64,000 nucleotides of DNA, taken from contig OZ245777.1 in NCBI GenBank assembly GCA_965227775.1, forward strand, positions 640,001-704,000. Direction: 5' to 3'. Of this stretch, positions 1-10,482 are shown in pieces. Each line of letters opens with the position of its first letter. The stretch's first letter is position 1. Source of the stretch: Phycisphaerales bacterium. Lineage in GTDB: Bacteria; Planctomycetota; Phycisphaerae; Phycisphaerales; UBA1924. A program made the translations under genes and the position numbers. Under the pieces are notes generated by a model that saw only the letters and a list, made by a program, of their open reading frames with translations, did not search any database and was not told the origin of the DNA.

Positions 1-2
1 TC

Positions 3-602
3 GTGCTCTATGTCAATCCCCGAGGCTCGACGAGCTATGGCGAGGCGTTCGGCAACGCCATCCACCACGCGTACCCGGGCGACGACTACCAGGATCTGAT
101 CGACGCGGTTGATGACCTCATTGCCAAAGGCTTCATCGATGAGGACCGCCTGTTCGTCACCGGCGGCTCGGGCGGCGGGGTGCTGACCGCGTGGATCGTC
201 GGCAAGACCGATCGGTTCGCGGGCGCCGTTGTCGCCAAGCCGGTCATCAACTGGTATTCAATGATCCTCTACGGCGATTTCCCGGCTTTCTTTATGAAGT
301 ACTGGTTCCCTGGCCCACCTTGGGAGCACCAGGATCACTACATGGCGCGCTCACCCATCTCACTCGTTGGCAACGTGACGACGCCCACGATGCTGTTGAC
401 GGGATCAAACGACCTGCGCACGCCACTGGCCGAAACCGAGCAGTACTACACCGCGCTCAAGCTACGTGAGATCCCGACCAAATTGGTGCGCGTCCCAGAC
501 GCCGCCCACGGCATCGCGGCCAAACCCTCGAACCTCATCGCCAAGGTCGCCGAGATCCTCGCATGGTTTGAGGAGCATGATCCCGCACTCGAGAACAACT
601 GA
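3..602 (+). CDS. S9 family (prolyl oligopeptidase/acylaminoacyl peptidase) C-terminal catalytic domain, 5'-truncated by the window edge
   Basis: NPRGSTSYG, nucleophile motif GGSGGG, DLRT (catalytic Asp), AHG (catalytic His). Confidence 0.9.
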   Translation: MLYVNPRGSTSYGEAFGNAIHHAYPGDDYQDLIDAVDDLIAKGFIDEDRLFVTGGSGGGVLTAWIVGKTDRFAGAVVAKPVINWYSMILYGDFPAFFMKYWFPGPPWEHQDHYMARSPISLVGNVTTPTMLLTGSNDLRTPLAETEQYYTALKLREIPTKLVRVPDAAHGIAAKPSNLIAKVAEILAWFEEHDPALENN

Positions 603-687
603 TTGGTAGTCGCACTCGTATTACGCACTTGCCACGAGCATGGGCCACCGCCGCAAGAGTATCAGTCCGCGTCGAGTGGTTCAGACG

Positions 688-828
688 TCAGTCTTCGTCG
701 ATCAGCACGCGCGATGCGGGTGTGTCCAGATCGTCGCACTGGCCCGAGCGAACCATCCAGACGAATCCCCATACCGCGGCTGTCGCCAAGGCGAGCGCGA
801 TGGGCAGGACAATAAAGAGCACGCTCAT
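688..828 (-). CDS. ccoS: cbb3-type cytochrome oxidase maturation protein CcoS/FixS (46 aa, absent from the ORF track)
   Basis: Manual translation [48 protein letters not shown] helix plus SGQxDDLD signature; ATG overlaps the ccoI stop (ATGA). Confidence 0.9.
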   Translation of the reverse strand: MSVLFIVLPIALALATAAVWGFVWMVRSGQCDDLDTPASRVLIDED

Positions 829-3287
829 GCTGTGGACTCCATGGATACCTCACCTTTGGCATGGCCGGCACCAATGGCGATCGCAAGAACCGTGATCGAA
901 CTGATCGGCATGATGATCGCAGCCGCGATAGGAGACATCAGCCCGACAAGCGTCAGGCCTGCAGCCAGTGCGTTGTAGCCAATGGCCAGACCAAGGCACA
1001 CGCGGATGCGAGTGATCACGCCGCGACTGGTGCGAGCCAGGTCAACCAACGGCGACAAGCCGGGACGCGTGAGGTAGACGCCCGCCGCAGCCATGGACGC
1101 TTCTGCCCCACCACTGACAGCGACTCCCATCGTGGCCGTCGCGAGTCCGGCCGCATCGTTCACGCCATCGCCCACCATGATCACGGGACCTTCTGCCTTC
1201 AAACCCGCAACGATATCGCGCTTGGCCTCGGGTAGGGCGTCGCCTTGCGACTCATCAATCCCAACCTGTGCCGCGACCGCCGCAACTGTTCGCTGATCGT
1301 CACCCGAGAGCACGCGGGGACTCCACCTCAATGCACGTAAGCTCCTGACCGCATGGGCGGTGTCCGAGCGCAGCGCATCACCTAGGACCGCGAGGGCTTC
1401 GACACGGTCCCCGAGTGCCACGAAGACCGCAGTCAGGCCCGATGCTCTGGCCTCCGTCGCCGCAAGTGAAGCCCACTGCGGTACCTCGGTGCCAAGTTCT
1501 TGCATGAGCGCGGACGAACCAACGGCAAGTTGCCCGCGCTCATGTGTAGCCGTCACGCCCAGTCCGGTACGATGCTCGATGTGGAGCACATCGCCGGTGC
1601 TTTCACAAGCCGAGAGTGCGCGGGCGATGGGGTGCGACGCGTCGGCCTCCATAGCGGAGATGATGGGCTTAAGGGTCTCATCACCCAGCCATCCACGCAG
1701 TTCGAACGCGCCCTCGGTGAGGGTGCCAGTCTTATCGAGCACCACCGTTGGGCTGCCAGCAAGGGTCTCGAAGACATCTCCACCCTTGACGAGCGTGCCT
1801 CGCGAGGCGAGGCGGCCAATGGCCATCGAGGTCGCGAGCGGTGTTGCCAGCGCTACAGCGCACGGGCAACACACAATGAGCATGGCCACCGTCGACTCGA
1901 AGGCTGCATGCAAGCCGGCGGGTAGCCGCAGTGCGAAGCACGTCGCACCCAGTGTGACGACACCGAGCACGAAGGGCTTGGCCAATCGATCGGCGCTCCC
2001 GATGACGGGCGTGCGTGATTGGCTCAGACGTTCGATATCGGCCATCAGCCTGCCCACGCGGGTGTCTCGCCCCGTCGCCGTTACGCGCACACGGATGGTG
2101 CTGGCTAGATTGAGCGTTCCTGCTGCGACCTCGCAACCGATCCCAGCCGCGACAGGCCGGCTCTCGCCAGTGATCACGGCTCGATCGATGTGGGTGTCGC
2201 CGCGCTCGATGACACCATCAACCGGGACGCACTGCTGGGGCGCAACCTCAACCACATCGCCAATGCTGACCGCATCGATCGCAGCATCAACGGGCTGATC
2301 GTCCTTGATCAGCACGACTCGTCGAGGCGTAACCGAGAAAAGCAGCTCGATCGCATCCGTCGCTCGTCGTTGCTGACGCATCTGCAACCACCGGCCGATG
2401 AGCAGCAGGAAGATCAGCATCGTGATGGAGTCGAAGTAGATCTCTCCCGCATCGATCACAACGGCCACCAGGCCCGCGCCGGTGCCGGCCAGAAGGGCGA
2501 GCGCGATGGGCGTGTCGAGGTGCCATGTCCGCGTTCGGACCGCTGCGAGCGCGCCACGGACGAACACGCTACCCGGCCAGAGCAACGCGAGCACACCGAT
2601 GGCGGCACTCAGGTATCGGAACGCGGTGCGATACGGTTCGGCGATCGCGTCGAAATACCCGCTGTACAGTGCGAAGGCAAGCAGCATGACGTTTCCCGCG
2701 CAAGCAGCGGCAACGCCAATGCGGATGAGATACGCACGATCCTCGAGCCTTCTCGCGTCCCGTGCGGCCGATGGCTCGACCGGGTGGGGCGGATACCCGA
2801 AGCGTGCAAACTCCCGCGCGATTCGGGAGAGCGACACCTCTGCCGGACTCCACACGAGTGAAGCGGTCCGCCGAGCTAGATCGAGCTCGACGCTGTGTAA
2901 CCCCTGAATGACAGTCGGCAACCTCTCTAGTAGCCACAGACACGCGGCGCAGTGCACACCCTGAACATAAACCTCCACCCGCATGAGTCCATTGGGTAGC
3001 CCCTGCGCGTGACGAGCCAGGAACGCGGCGTCGTCGAGCTCCGCAAAGCTGTCGCCGGCTTGGGTCGCCGGCTCGCGTTGGCCATCAAGCCGACGCTTGA
3101 GGTCGTAGTACTGCTCCAGCCCACAGGCGGCAATGGTTTCGTACACCGTCTGGCAACCATTGCAGCAGAACCGCTCGCCCGCGATCGAAGGCAGTCCGCA
3201 GTGCGCACATGGCTGGCGCGTGGCGGCTTGCACCGATGTGGGCGCCGTGTTGGGCGTGGCGACGATTGTCATGGGCAAAGCGGGCAA
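825..3287 (-). CDS. ccoI: Cu-translocating P1B ATPase CcoI/FixI
   Basis: N-terminal CAHC...[38 protein letters not shown]; lies in the cco operon. Confidence 0.92.
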   Translation of the reverse strand: MPALPMTIVATPNTAPTSVQAATRQPCAHCGLPSIAGERFCCNGCQTVYETIAACGLEQYYDLKRRLDGQREPATQAGDSFAELDDAAFLARHAQGLPNGLMRVEVYVQGVHCAACLWLLERLPTVIQGLHSVELDLARRTASLVWSPAEVSLSRIAREFARFGYPPHPVEPSAARDARRLEDRAYLIRIGVAAACAGNVMLLAFALYSGYFDAIAEPYRTAFRYLSAAIGVLALLWPGSVFVRGALAAVRTRTWHLDTPIALALLAGTGAGLVAVVIDAGEIYFDSITMLIFLLLIGRWLQMRQQRRATDAIELLFSVTPRRVVLIKDDQPVDAAIDAVSIGDVVEVAPQQCVPVDGVIERGDTHIDRAVITGESRPVAAGIGCEVAAGTLNLASTIRVRVTATGRDTRVGRLMADIERLSQSRTPVIGSADRLAKPFVLGVVTLGATCFALRLPAGLHAAFESTVAMLIVCCPCAVALATPLATSMAIGRLASRGTLVKGGDVFETLAGSPTVVLDKTGTLTEGAFELRGWLGDETLKPIISAMEADASHPIARALSACESTGDVLHIEHRTGLGVTATHERGQLAVGSSALMQELGTEVPQWASLAATEARASGLTAVFVALGDRVEALAVLGDALRSDTAHAVRSLRALRWSPRVLSGDDQRTVAAVAAQVGIDESQGDALPEAKRDIVAGLKAEGPVIMVGDGVNDAAGLATATMGVAVSGGAEASMAAAGVYLTRPGLSPLVDLARTSRGVITRIRVCLGLAIGYNALAAGLTLVGLMSPIAAAIIMPISSITVLAIAIGAGHAKGEVSMESTA

Positions 3288-4036
3288 TGCGCGTCGGTGG
3301 GCATTGCTTCAAGGGACGTCGGTTGCACACTCGGACCTGTCATGAGGCCGGACAGATCGGCGCGGTACACCCGGATGACAGTGAAGGCCGCGATCGAGAT
3401 CATCGCGACAGCTGCAACAACCCGCAAACGCGGGCTGAGTCGGGAACGCAACGTGCCCGCACCAAGCCCCAGCGCGGCGAGTATCGGCACGGTGCCGACC
3501 CAGAACGTGGCCATGACCGCCGCGCCCCATACTGGTGACGCAGTACCTGCGGCGATGATCGCGAACGCCCAGAGCCATCCGCATGGGAGCAGAGCCGTCA
3601 GCAGGCCAATCGCCAACGCGCGACCGGTGGCACCGAAACGATCGGCCTTGGCAACACCAGCGCGAAATGCTGCCTTCACGGTTGCTGGCGTGGAAATGTG
3701 AGGGAGCCGAACACCGGCCTCTCGCAGCAGCCATGCGCCGCCAACAACTAGCATCGTGGTGGCGGCCAGAACAGCCGCAGCATGTTGAAGGCCCGCCGCC
3801 CGCGCGCCCATGTCGATCGCGCTGCCAAGCGTCCCAGCGAGCACGCCCAGCACGCCGTACCCTGCGAGCCGACCGCCGTGGTACGCGAGCTGTGCACGAA
3901 GGTGCGTTCGGCGTCCGGCGTCGCGATGCGTGCCACACGCCATCGCCACAAACACACCGCACATACCCGCGCAGTGCGGGCTGCCAGCCAGACTGGCCAG
4001 CAGCACCGCCGATAGTGTCGCCACGGTCGGCGTCAT
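3269..4036 (-). CDS. DsbD_2 / sulfite exporter TauE-SafE-like membrane protein associated with cbb3 biogenesis
   Basis: HCAGMCG, YHGGR, LLPCG motifs; multiple TM helices; typical position in cco operons. Confidence 0.85.
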   Translation of the reverse strand: MTPTVATLSAVLLASLAGSPHCAGMCGVFVAMACGTHRDAGRRTHLRAQLAYHGGRLAGYGVLGVLAGTLGSAIDMGARAAGLQHAAAVLAATTMLVVGGAWLLREAGVRLPHISTPATVKAAFRAGVAKADRFGATGRALAIGLLTALLPCGWLWAFAIIAAGTASPVWGAAVMATFWVGTVPILAALGLGAGTLRSRLSPRLRVVAAVAMISIAAFTVIRVYRADLSGLMTGPSVQPTSLEAMPTDAHCPLCP

Positions 4037-4542
4037 GGTGCTCCCTTGCGACTGACAAAGTCCTGCGTGTGCACGAACTGGTCACGCCCGCGTGAAGCCC
4101 GGACGCGAGCCTGCCATTGGCCTTCCCGGGGCCGCTTGAGCACAGCCGTGTAGCTTCCATCGCCTTGGGATGTAAGAATGAGTTGCTGGGCATCCCCACG
4201 GCGGGCATGGTGAAACACCGTTGCACGAACCGAGGCATCGGTAATCCAGACACCCTCCTCGTCTTGAAGCGTGATCGTGAGTACGCCTCGATCTGTGACC
4301 AGTGTTGCGTCGCACTTCCATCCGAGCTGCTCGCTCGCGCGTTGGATCTCGCGAGACTTATCCCAATCGACCGCCTTCTGGTAGTAGTCGTTCTCGATGG
4401 CGTAGCTGGGATCGCTCACCGCGGCGATCACCGTGATTGCGCACACGGTCATCGATACCGAGAGCATGCCAACCACGGCCACCGGCCAGACCCACGCCCG
4501 GCCCGAACGAGGAGCATCGTCGTTGTGTTGCGGCTCTTGCAT
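4033..4542 (-). CDS. fixH: FixH/CcoH-like assembly protein
   Basis: WP-initiated N-terminal TM helix, DYYQKA motif, Ig-like C-terminus with GQW; follows ccoG. Confidence 0.8.
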   Translation of the reverse strand: MQEPQHNDDAPRSGRAWVWPVAVVGMLSVSMTVCAITVIAAVSDPSYAIENDYYQKAVDWDKSREIQRASEQLGWKCDATLVTDRGVLTITLQDEEGVWITDASVRATVFHHARRGDAQQLILTSQGDGSYTAVLKRPREGQWQARVRASRGRDQFVHTQDFVSRKGAP

Positions 4543-4543
4543 A

Positions 4544-5962
4544 TCAGTTCTCTCCCGCCTGATGCACCGGGCCGCGCATCGTGTACTCGGTGCTCTCGTC
4601 GAACCCCTCTCCCCACACGCGGATCGTCACGGGCAGCTTTCCGGAGGCAAACGCCTCGGGCGGCACCACAAGCGTCAGGGGCTTGGCAAATGTCTCGCCG
4701 GGTTCGACACGCACACTGGTGAGTCCGTCAATCTGGCCACCATCGATGCCCTCGAGCGCAATGCTGTAGTCGCCGCCCAACTCGGAGCGATCCTGGATCT
4801 TGAACTTGATGGGGTTCGCCACCATGCCGCTCTCGAGCACCGTGAACGGATTGCCAGGGCCGCGCGTGATTGTCACGAGCGCCGGCGTGCGATTGACCAA
4901 CAAAACAACCATGATGGACACCAGGATCGTGATCGCAACGGGGTACACGATGACGCGTGGCCGGAACCAGTTCCGTCCTTCCCCGTCGATCGTGCGCTGG
5001 GACGCGTACCGGATGAGACCTTGCGGCCGGCCGATCTTGTCCATGATGTCATCGCACGCATCAATACACTGCGTGCAGTTGACGCACTCCATCTGCAAGC
5101 CGTCCCGAATGTCGATCCCGGTAGGACACGTCTGCACGCACATGGTGCAATCGATGCAGTCGCCCAGCTCATCGGACTCCTGAACCACCTTCAGCGCGAC
5201 ATCCGAGCCAGGCTTGACGCGCTGGCCCTTCTTGCCGCGCGGCTCGCCGCGCCGGCGGTCGTACCCGACGATGAGCGAATCGCGATCGAGCATGACGCTC
5301 TGGAACCGTCCATACGGGCACGCCACGATGCACGTTTGCTCCCGAAAGAAGCCAAAGTCGAACAGCATCGCGCCGGTAACGGCGGCCATAACCAGAAAAG
5401 CGATCGGATGGTCCAAGGGCGAACCCAGGATCCAGTGCCGCAAGTTGTCGGTACCCACGAAGTAGCTCAGGAACGTGTGCGCCAAAGCGAACGCCAGCAC
5501 CACGTACACGAGCATTTTGAGCAGCCCACCGGCCGCACCAAACCTGCTCTTCCCCTTGCCAGGCGTGCCCTGGAAGAACCGCTCGATGGGGCGGAACACC
5601 AGTTCGAGATACACGGTCTGCGGACAACCCCAGCCGCACCACACGCGACCGAACATCGCGGTGAAGAAGAAGACAGACAGCGCAACCGTGATCAGCAGCA
5701 ACGCCAGGAGCAACGTGTCGGTGGGATAGAGTGTTATGCCAAAGAACGTGAACTGGCGTTCCAAGATGTTCAGCAGCAGCGGCGGCTTACCAGAGATACG
5801 AAGGTGCGGCAGCACCACGAAGAGGGCGATCAACCCATACCCCACCACACGCCGACGATTCAACCAGCGCCCCTTCGAGGGGCGCGGCTTGAGCCAGCGC
5901 CGCGTGCCGTCGGCATTGAGCGTCGAGAGCACGCGTTCGGGCTGGGCTGCGGTGGTCGACAT
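4544..5962 (-). CDS. ccoG: Cytochrome c oxidase accessory protein CcoG/FixG (4Fe-4S, cupric reductase family)
   Basis: GRVWCGWGCPQT, CIVACPYGRFQ, CIDCTMCVQTCPTGIDIR, ECVNCTQCIDAC; start taken at MSTTAA. Confidence 0.93.
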   Translation of the reverse strand: MSTTAAQPERVLSTLNADGTRRWLKPRPSKGRWLNRRRVVGYGLIALFVVLPHLRISGKPPLLLNILERQFTFFGITLYPTDTLLLALLLITVALSVFFFTAMFGRVWCGWGCPQTVYLELVFRPIERFFQGTPGKGKSRFGAAGGLLKMLVYVVLAFALAHTFLSYFVGTDNLRHWILGSPLDHPIAFLVMAAVTGAMLFDFGFFREQTCIVACPYGRFQSVMLDRDSLIVGYDRRRGEPRGKKGQRVKPGSDVALKVVQESDELGDCIDCTMCVQTCPTGIDIRDGLQMECVNCTQCIDACDDIMDKIGRPQGLIRYASQRTIDGEGRNWFRPRVIVYPVAITILVSIMVVLLVNRTPALVTITRGPGNPFTVLESGMVANPIKFKIQDRSELGGDYSIALEGIDGGQIDGLTSVRVEPGETFAKPLTLVVPPEAFASGKLPVTIRVWGEGFDESTEYTMRGPVHQAGEN

Positions 5963-5981
5963 CGCGGCGTTCCTCGCTATC

Positions 5982-6572
5982 TCAACCGCCCTGATCGGGC
6001 ACGGGCCAAGCCGGGATGGCCTCGCCCTCTGCCCCCTTGCCCGGCAGATTCTGCCCACGCAGCGATGCCACGTACGAACTCAGCAGCACGATCTCGTTGG
6101 GGTGCAGACGCTTGCCCCACGCCGGCATCGCGCCGTTGTTCGCCCCCTCATCGATCACCGTGTGGATGTCGGTGATGGTCTTGACGTTCAGGTATGTCTC
6201 ATCAGTCAAGTTTGGACCAACACCGCCAGCGCCGGTGCTGCCATGACACGAGGTGCACTGCGCCCGAAACACCGACGCGCCAAAGTCCATCCACTGCGGA
6301 TCATCCATGAGCGACACGATGGTGGCCTCATCACCCTCCAGATCGCCGATGGCGGCAAAGAGTCGCTCGATCTCGGCCACTTGCGCCCGCTCGAGTCGCT
6401 CCGTCTGGTGCACGAACCAGGGGCTTTCTAGTGATAAGAAGAAGTAGATCACGCTGAAGATCATCGAGCCCAGCCAGATCAGGTGCCACCACAGCGGCGT
6501 GGGATTGTCGTACTCCATGATCCCGTCGTACTCGTGGCCGCGGATCAGGGTGCTCTCGGTTTCCTTAGCCAT
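5982..6572 (-). CDS. ccoP: cbb3 oxidase subunit III (short, single-heme CcoP)
   Basis: GHEYDGIMEYDNPTPLWW, one CxxCH (CTSCH), GPNLTD, MPAW. Confidence 0.92.
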   Translation of the reverse strand: MAKETESTLIRGHEYDGIMEYDNPTPLWWHLIWLGSMIFSVIYFFLSLESPWFVHQTERLERAQVAEIERLFAAIGDLEGDEATIVSLMDDPQWMDFGASVFRAQCTSCHGSTGAGGVGPNLTDETYLNVKTITDIHTVIDEGANNGAMPAWGKRLHPNEIVLLSSYVASLRGQNLPGKGAEGEAIPAWPVPDQGG

Positions 6573-6768
6573 GCCCCAGGCCCTCCCTTTCCGGTCGCAC
6601 CGCGACGGGTGTCCCTTCGTCGAGTGCAGCAGCGGCCATGGTGCGTTCGAAAGCCTGACCCGCCCGAAGCGTTCGTAGCGTGACCACGACGAACACCCCG
6701 ACGAACAGAATCAACGCAGCTGCAGGCCACACGGATAGATCGATGTGCCGGATCGTGTCGGACAGCAT
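6565..6768 (-). CDS. ccoQ: cbb3 oxidase subunit IV CcoQ-like
   Basis: 67 aa, single TM helix, between ccoNO and ccoP with overlapping junctions. Confidence 0.75.
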   Translation of the reverse strand: MLSDTIRHIDLSVWPAAALILFVGVFVVVTLRTLRAGQAFERTMAAAALDEGTPVAVRPEREGLGHG

Positions 6769-9155
6769 TACGGCGCCTCCCCTTCGGCGGGCTCGTCTTC
6801 GGCCACCGGTTCCTTGGAGATGTCGGTCCCGAGCCTCTGCATGTAGGCAATCAGCGCGATGATCTTGCGATCGCTCAGGTCGAGGGTCGGATCCCGCAAC
6901 TGGTCTGCGATCTGATCAGAAAGCTCGCGTGCCTGCTCTCGCGCTATGTCGGGCGCGTTCTTCACGGCTTCGCCATAGGGCACACCCAGCATGGCCATTG
7001 CGCCAACGCGGGCCTTGATGCCTTCAAAGTCGAGGTCCTGCTCGATCAGATGCTTGTAGCTCGGCATGATCGAGCCATTGACATGCTCCGCAGGGTTCTC
7101 AAAGTGCAAGTAGTGCCACGAGGAACTCTGTCGACCGCCCTCTCGCGCAAGGTCTGGACCGATGCGACGGCTGCCCCACTGGAACGGGCGGTCATAGACG
7201 AACTCGCCTGGCTTGCTGTAGTCGCCGTACCGCTTCACCTCGGCGAAGATCGGCCGGATCATCTGCGAGTGGCAGTTGTAACACCCCTCGGCGATGTAGA
7301 TGTCGCGCCCAGCAAGCTCGAGCGGTGTGTAGGGCTCGACCGTTGCGATCGTCGGCACGTTGCTCTTGATGAGGAACGTCGGGATGATCTCGAAAAGCGA
7401 AGCAACTGCGACCGCGATCAGGACCCAGATCGTGAACTTGATCGGGCGTCCCTCCAGCCGACGGTGCCAGGCACCCTGCAGCCAGCGATCGGCGGCGTGG
7501 CCGATCTCAACGTTGGAAGTTAGGCGGCTGGCCGCTTGCTCGTACTTCTCATTGAGCGGCGCGAGCGGAGCGGCCTCGTGCATGACGACGTCGTACTTGT
7601 CCGGACGCATGCGCCACGTCTGGAAGAGGTTCAGAACGCCGATCACCATGCCGGCGAGGTACATCACACCACCGATGCCTCGAATCCAGTACAACCACTC
7701 GAGCGAGGTGACGGTCTCGATGAACTCGCCATACATCAGCTGGCCGGTGCTATCGAACGCACGCCACATCAGGCCCTGCGTGACGCCCGCGGCATACATA
7801 GATAGCACGTAGAGCGCGATGCCGATCGTGCTGATCCAGAAGTGGGCGCTTGCCAGCTTCACGCTGTACAGCCCCTTGGTCTGGAAGATTCGCGGTGCGA
7901 GCCAGTACGCCATGCCGAAGATCATGAATCCGTTCCACCCCAGCGTGCCGCTGTGCACGTGGGCAATGGTCCAGTCGGTGTAGTGGCTGAGGCTGTTGAC
8001 GGTCTTGACGCTCAGCATCGGCCCCTCGAACGTCGCCATCATGTAGAACGTGATGCCGACGACGAAGAACTTGAGGACCGGGTCGGTGGTCACCTTGTGC
8101 CACGCGCCACGAAGTGTCAGCAGGCCATTCAGCCCGCCGCCCCAGCTGGGCATCCACAGCATCACGCTGAAGACCATGCCCAGGCTGCTGGCCCACTCGG
8201 GCAGCGACGTGTAGTGCAGGTGGTGCGGACCCGCCCAGATGTAGATGAACACCAAGCTCCAGAAGTGCACGATGCTGAGCTTGTAGCTGAACACCGGGCG
8301 CTCGGCCGCCTTGGGGAGGAAGTAGTACATGAGCCCGAGGAACGGCGTCGTAAGGAAGAACGCGACCGCGTTGTGCCCATACCACCACTGCATGAACGCG
8401 TCCTGCACGCCCGCGTACAGCGGATAGCTCTTGAGCGCGATGTCCGGGCTCGAGATCTTGCCGGTAGTGAACAGCTCGTACACACCGACGGGGATCCACA
8501 GGTTGTTGAAAACGTGCAGCACGGCAACGGTCACGATCGTGGCGATGTAGAACCACAGCGCGACGTACAAGTGCCGCTGACGCCGGTGCACCAGCGTCAT
8601 GAAGAAGTTCACGCCGAAGAAGCCAACCCACACCACCGCGATGGCCAGGTCGATCGGCCACTCCAGCTCGGCATACTCCTTTGCCTGGGTCACGCCGAAG
8701 GGCAGCGTGAGGGCCGCCGAAACGATGATCGCCTGCCAGCCCCAGAAGTGCAGGCGGCTGAGCTTGTCGCTCCACATCCGAGCCTTGCACAGCCGCTGGG
8801 TCGAGTAGTACACGGCCGCGAAGATCGCATTACCCGCGAACGCGAAGATCGCCGCGTTCGTGTGCAGGGGACGCAGCCGGCCGAAGGCAACTTCCGGAAG
8901 GAAGTTGAGCTGGGGCACGGCCAGCTGGAAGGCGAGGATCACGCCCACCAGCATCGCCACGATGCCCCAGGCGAGGGTCGCCCAGAAGAACATCCTGACG
9001 ATGGCGTCGTCGTAACTGAACCGATCGAGCTTGCTCTTCGACCCGACTTGGGCATCACCCGGTCCATCACCCAAGGGAGATCCCGCCCCCGCGGGTTGAG
9101 GTGCACTGGAGCCCTCTGGCGGGCCAGATGGCGAAGGAATCGACGACTCGGGCAT
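6768..9155 (-). CDS. ccoN: Fused cbb3 oxidase subunits I/II (CcoN-CcoO)
   Basis: FGRLRPLHT, QWWYGHN, WAGPHH, AHVH, then CcoO GRDIYIAEGCYNCHSQMIRP and WGSRRIGPDL in one ORF. Confidence 0.96.
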   Translation of the reverse strand: MPESSIPSPSGPPEGSSAPQPAGAGSPLGDGPGDAQVGSKSKLDRFSYDDAIVRMFFWATLAWGIVAMLVGVILAFQLAVPQLNFLPEVAFGRLRPLHTNAAIFAFAGNAIFAAVYYSTQRLCKARMWSDKLSRLHFWGWQAIIVSAALTLPFGVTQAKEYAELEWPIDLAIAVVWVGFFGVNFFMTLVHRRQRHLYVALWFYIATIVTVAVLHVFNNLWIPVGVYELFTTGKISSPDIALKSYPLYAGVQDAFMQWWYGHNAVAFFLTTPFLGLMYYFLPKAAERPVFSYKLSIVHFWSLVFIYIWAGPHHLHYTSLPEWASSLGMVFSVMLWMPSWGGGLNGLLTLRGAWHKVTTDPVLKFFVVGITFYMMATFEGPMLSVKTVNSLSHYTDWTIAHVHSGTLGWNGFMIFGMAYWLAPRIFQTKGLYSVKLASAHFWISTIGIALYVLSMYAAGVTQGLMWRAFDSTGQLMYGEFIETVTSLEWLYWIRGIGGVMYLAGMVIGVLNLFQTWRMRPDKYDVVMHEAAPLAPLNEKYEQAASRLTSNVEIGHAADRWLQGAWHRRLEGRPIKFTIWVLIAVAVASLFEIIPTFLIKSNVPTIATVEPYTPLELAGRDIYIAEGCYNCHSQMIRPIFAEVKRYGDYSKPGEFVYDRPFQWGSRRIGPDLAREGGRQSSSWHYLHFENPAEHVNGSIMPSYKHLIEQDLDFEGIKARVGAMAMLGVPYGEAVKNAPDIAREQARELSDQIADQLRDPTLDLSDRKIIALIAYMQRLGTDISKEPVAEDEPAEGEAP

Positions 9156-9368
9156 CTCGGACTCCTCGGCGACCGCCCTCCCTAGGGCGGTTATGTGCTG
9201 TCAAACCGGAATCTGGACTGGCTTACAGCATTCCACCCTCGATCGGTGGAATCAAGACATAAATCTATATTTTTATGCACAACTCGCCCTTTGCTTTCGC
9301 CGAGGCTATAAGTAACCGATCCCAAGCAGCCAGCTCACGCTGGCGGACCCCCGGAGGAGGCCCGCTGG

Positions 9369-9806
9369 ATGTTCTCGATGACAACGGAGTACGCGCTGCG
9401 GGCGGCGGTCTTTCTCAGTGAGAGCCGGGGCGACGTGCAGACCGCCAGCCGAGTGGCCGAGGCCACGAAGACCCCGGTTCGCTACGCCTCCCGAGTCCTG
9501 CAATTGCTCGTTGAGAGCAATCTGGCCACCAGCCAGCGCGGTCCTACGGGCGGGTTTGCCCTCGCCCGAGAGCCCGAGGCCATCACCCTGCTCGACGTTG
9601 TTCAGGCCATCGAACCCATCCAGCGGATTCGGGAGTGCCCGCTTGGCCTGCCAGAGCATGCGCAGGAGCTCTGCCCACTGCACAAGGCGATGGACGCGGT
9701 TGCTTCGGACGCCGAAGCGACCCTCGGCCGCCTAACTCTGGCCGACGTCATGGCAGAGCCGATCGTGCCACTGGGGATCTCAATCGCCAAACAGCAGCCA
9801 GGCTAA
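9369..9806 (+). CDS. Rrf2 family transcriptional regulator, divergent from the cco operon
   Basis: EYALRA, SQRGPTGGFALAR, ITLLDVV, C-terminal CPLG...H...CPLH. Confidence 0.9.
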   Translation: MFSMTTEYALRAAVFLSESRGDVQTASRVAEATKTPVRYASRVLQLLVESNLATSQRGPTGGFALAREPEAITLLDVVQAIEPIQRIRECPLGLPEHAQELCPLHKAMDAVASDAEATLGRLTLADVMAEPIVPLGISIAKQQPG

Positions 9807-9876
9807 CGCCTGAAGGCATGTAAGCGCGTGCCGAGACGGTCCTTGCCAGCAGGGTGCATCGCCAACAATTGCGTGC

Positions 9877-10482
9877 ATGAGCGCTCCCGAACATCTCGAC
9901 GCAGATGTTACATACATCCTGCGCAACTGGTCATCGCTCGATGATCCGGCGGGAGAGCTGTTTCCAGTCGTGTACGCCCAGCTTCGATCACTGGCCGCAG
10001 GAATGATGCGCTCGGAGAGCGTGGATCACACGCTGGGCGCCACGGCTCTCGTGCACGAGGCTTTTGTCAAGCTCATGTCAACGAACGAGCGCAGCGTGGC
10101 GATGGAGTCGGCGCAGAATAGGGGTTACTTCTTTGCTGCGGCGGCCCAGGCAATGCGTCGCGTGCTCGTGGATCACGCGCGTGCACAGGCCGCCGAACGC
10201 CGGGGAGGGGGGCGAAAGCCCATCGACCTGGGGCGACTTCCGGCGGACATCGGCGAGCTGGCCCGAGAGGACTCTCCCGACCTCGTCCTTGCAATCGACC
10301 ACGCCCTCACAGCGCTGGAATCCGAGGACGAGGACGCCGCACAGATCGTCCGGCTTCGGTTCTTTGGTAGTCTGACGGCGAGAGAGGCGGCCCAGCTGCT
10401 TGGCGTCACCGAACGAACGGTCATGCGCCGCTGGTCCTTCGCGCGTGCTCGCCTGTTCCAGATTCTGGAATCCGATGTATGA
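9877..10482 (+). CDS. ECF sigma factor of the planctomycete kinase-associated type
   Basis: LFPVVYAQLR, HTLGATALVHEAF, FFAAAAQAMRRVLVDHAR, VRLRFFG...W..ARARL; stop overlaps the kinase start. Confidence 0.9.
   Translation: MSAPEHLDADVTYILRNWSSLDDPAGELFPVVYAQLRSLAAGMMRSESVDHTLGATALVHEAFVKLMSTNERSVAMESAQNRGYFFAAAAQAMRRVLVDHARAQAAERRGGGRKPIDLGRLPADIGELAREDSPDLVLAIDHALTALESEDEDAAQIVRLRFFGSLTAREAAQLLGVTERTVMRRWSFARARLFQILESDV

Noticed and set aside
4433..6175. Long antisense or alternate-frame ORFs (for example 4433-6175 +, 7842-9185 +, 24090-25769 -, 38608-39939 -, 41263-42591 +, 50529-51881 +)
   Set aside because: They shadow well-supported genes, are Arg/Ala/His-rich without motifs, and are expected in high-GC DNA.
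9238..9256. FNR/FixK box upstream of ccoNO
   Set aside because: Only the ATCAA half-site is present; there is no TTGAT at 4-nt spacing.
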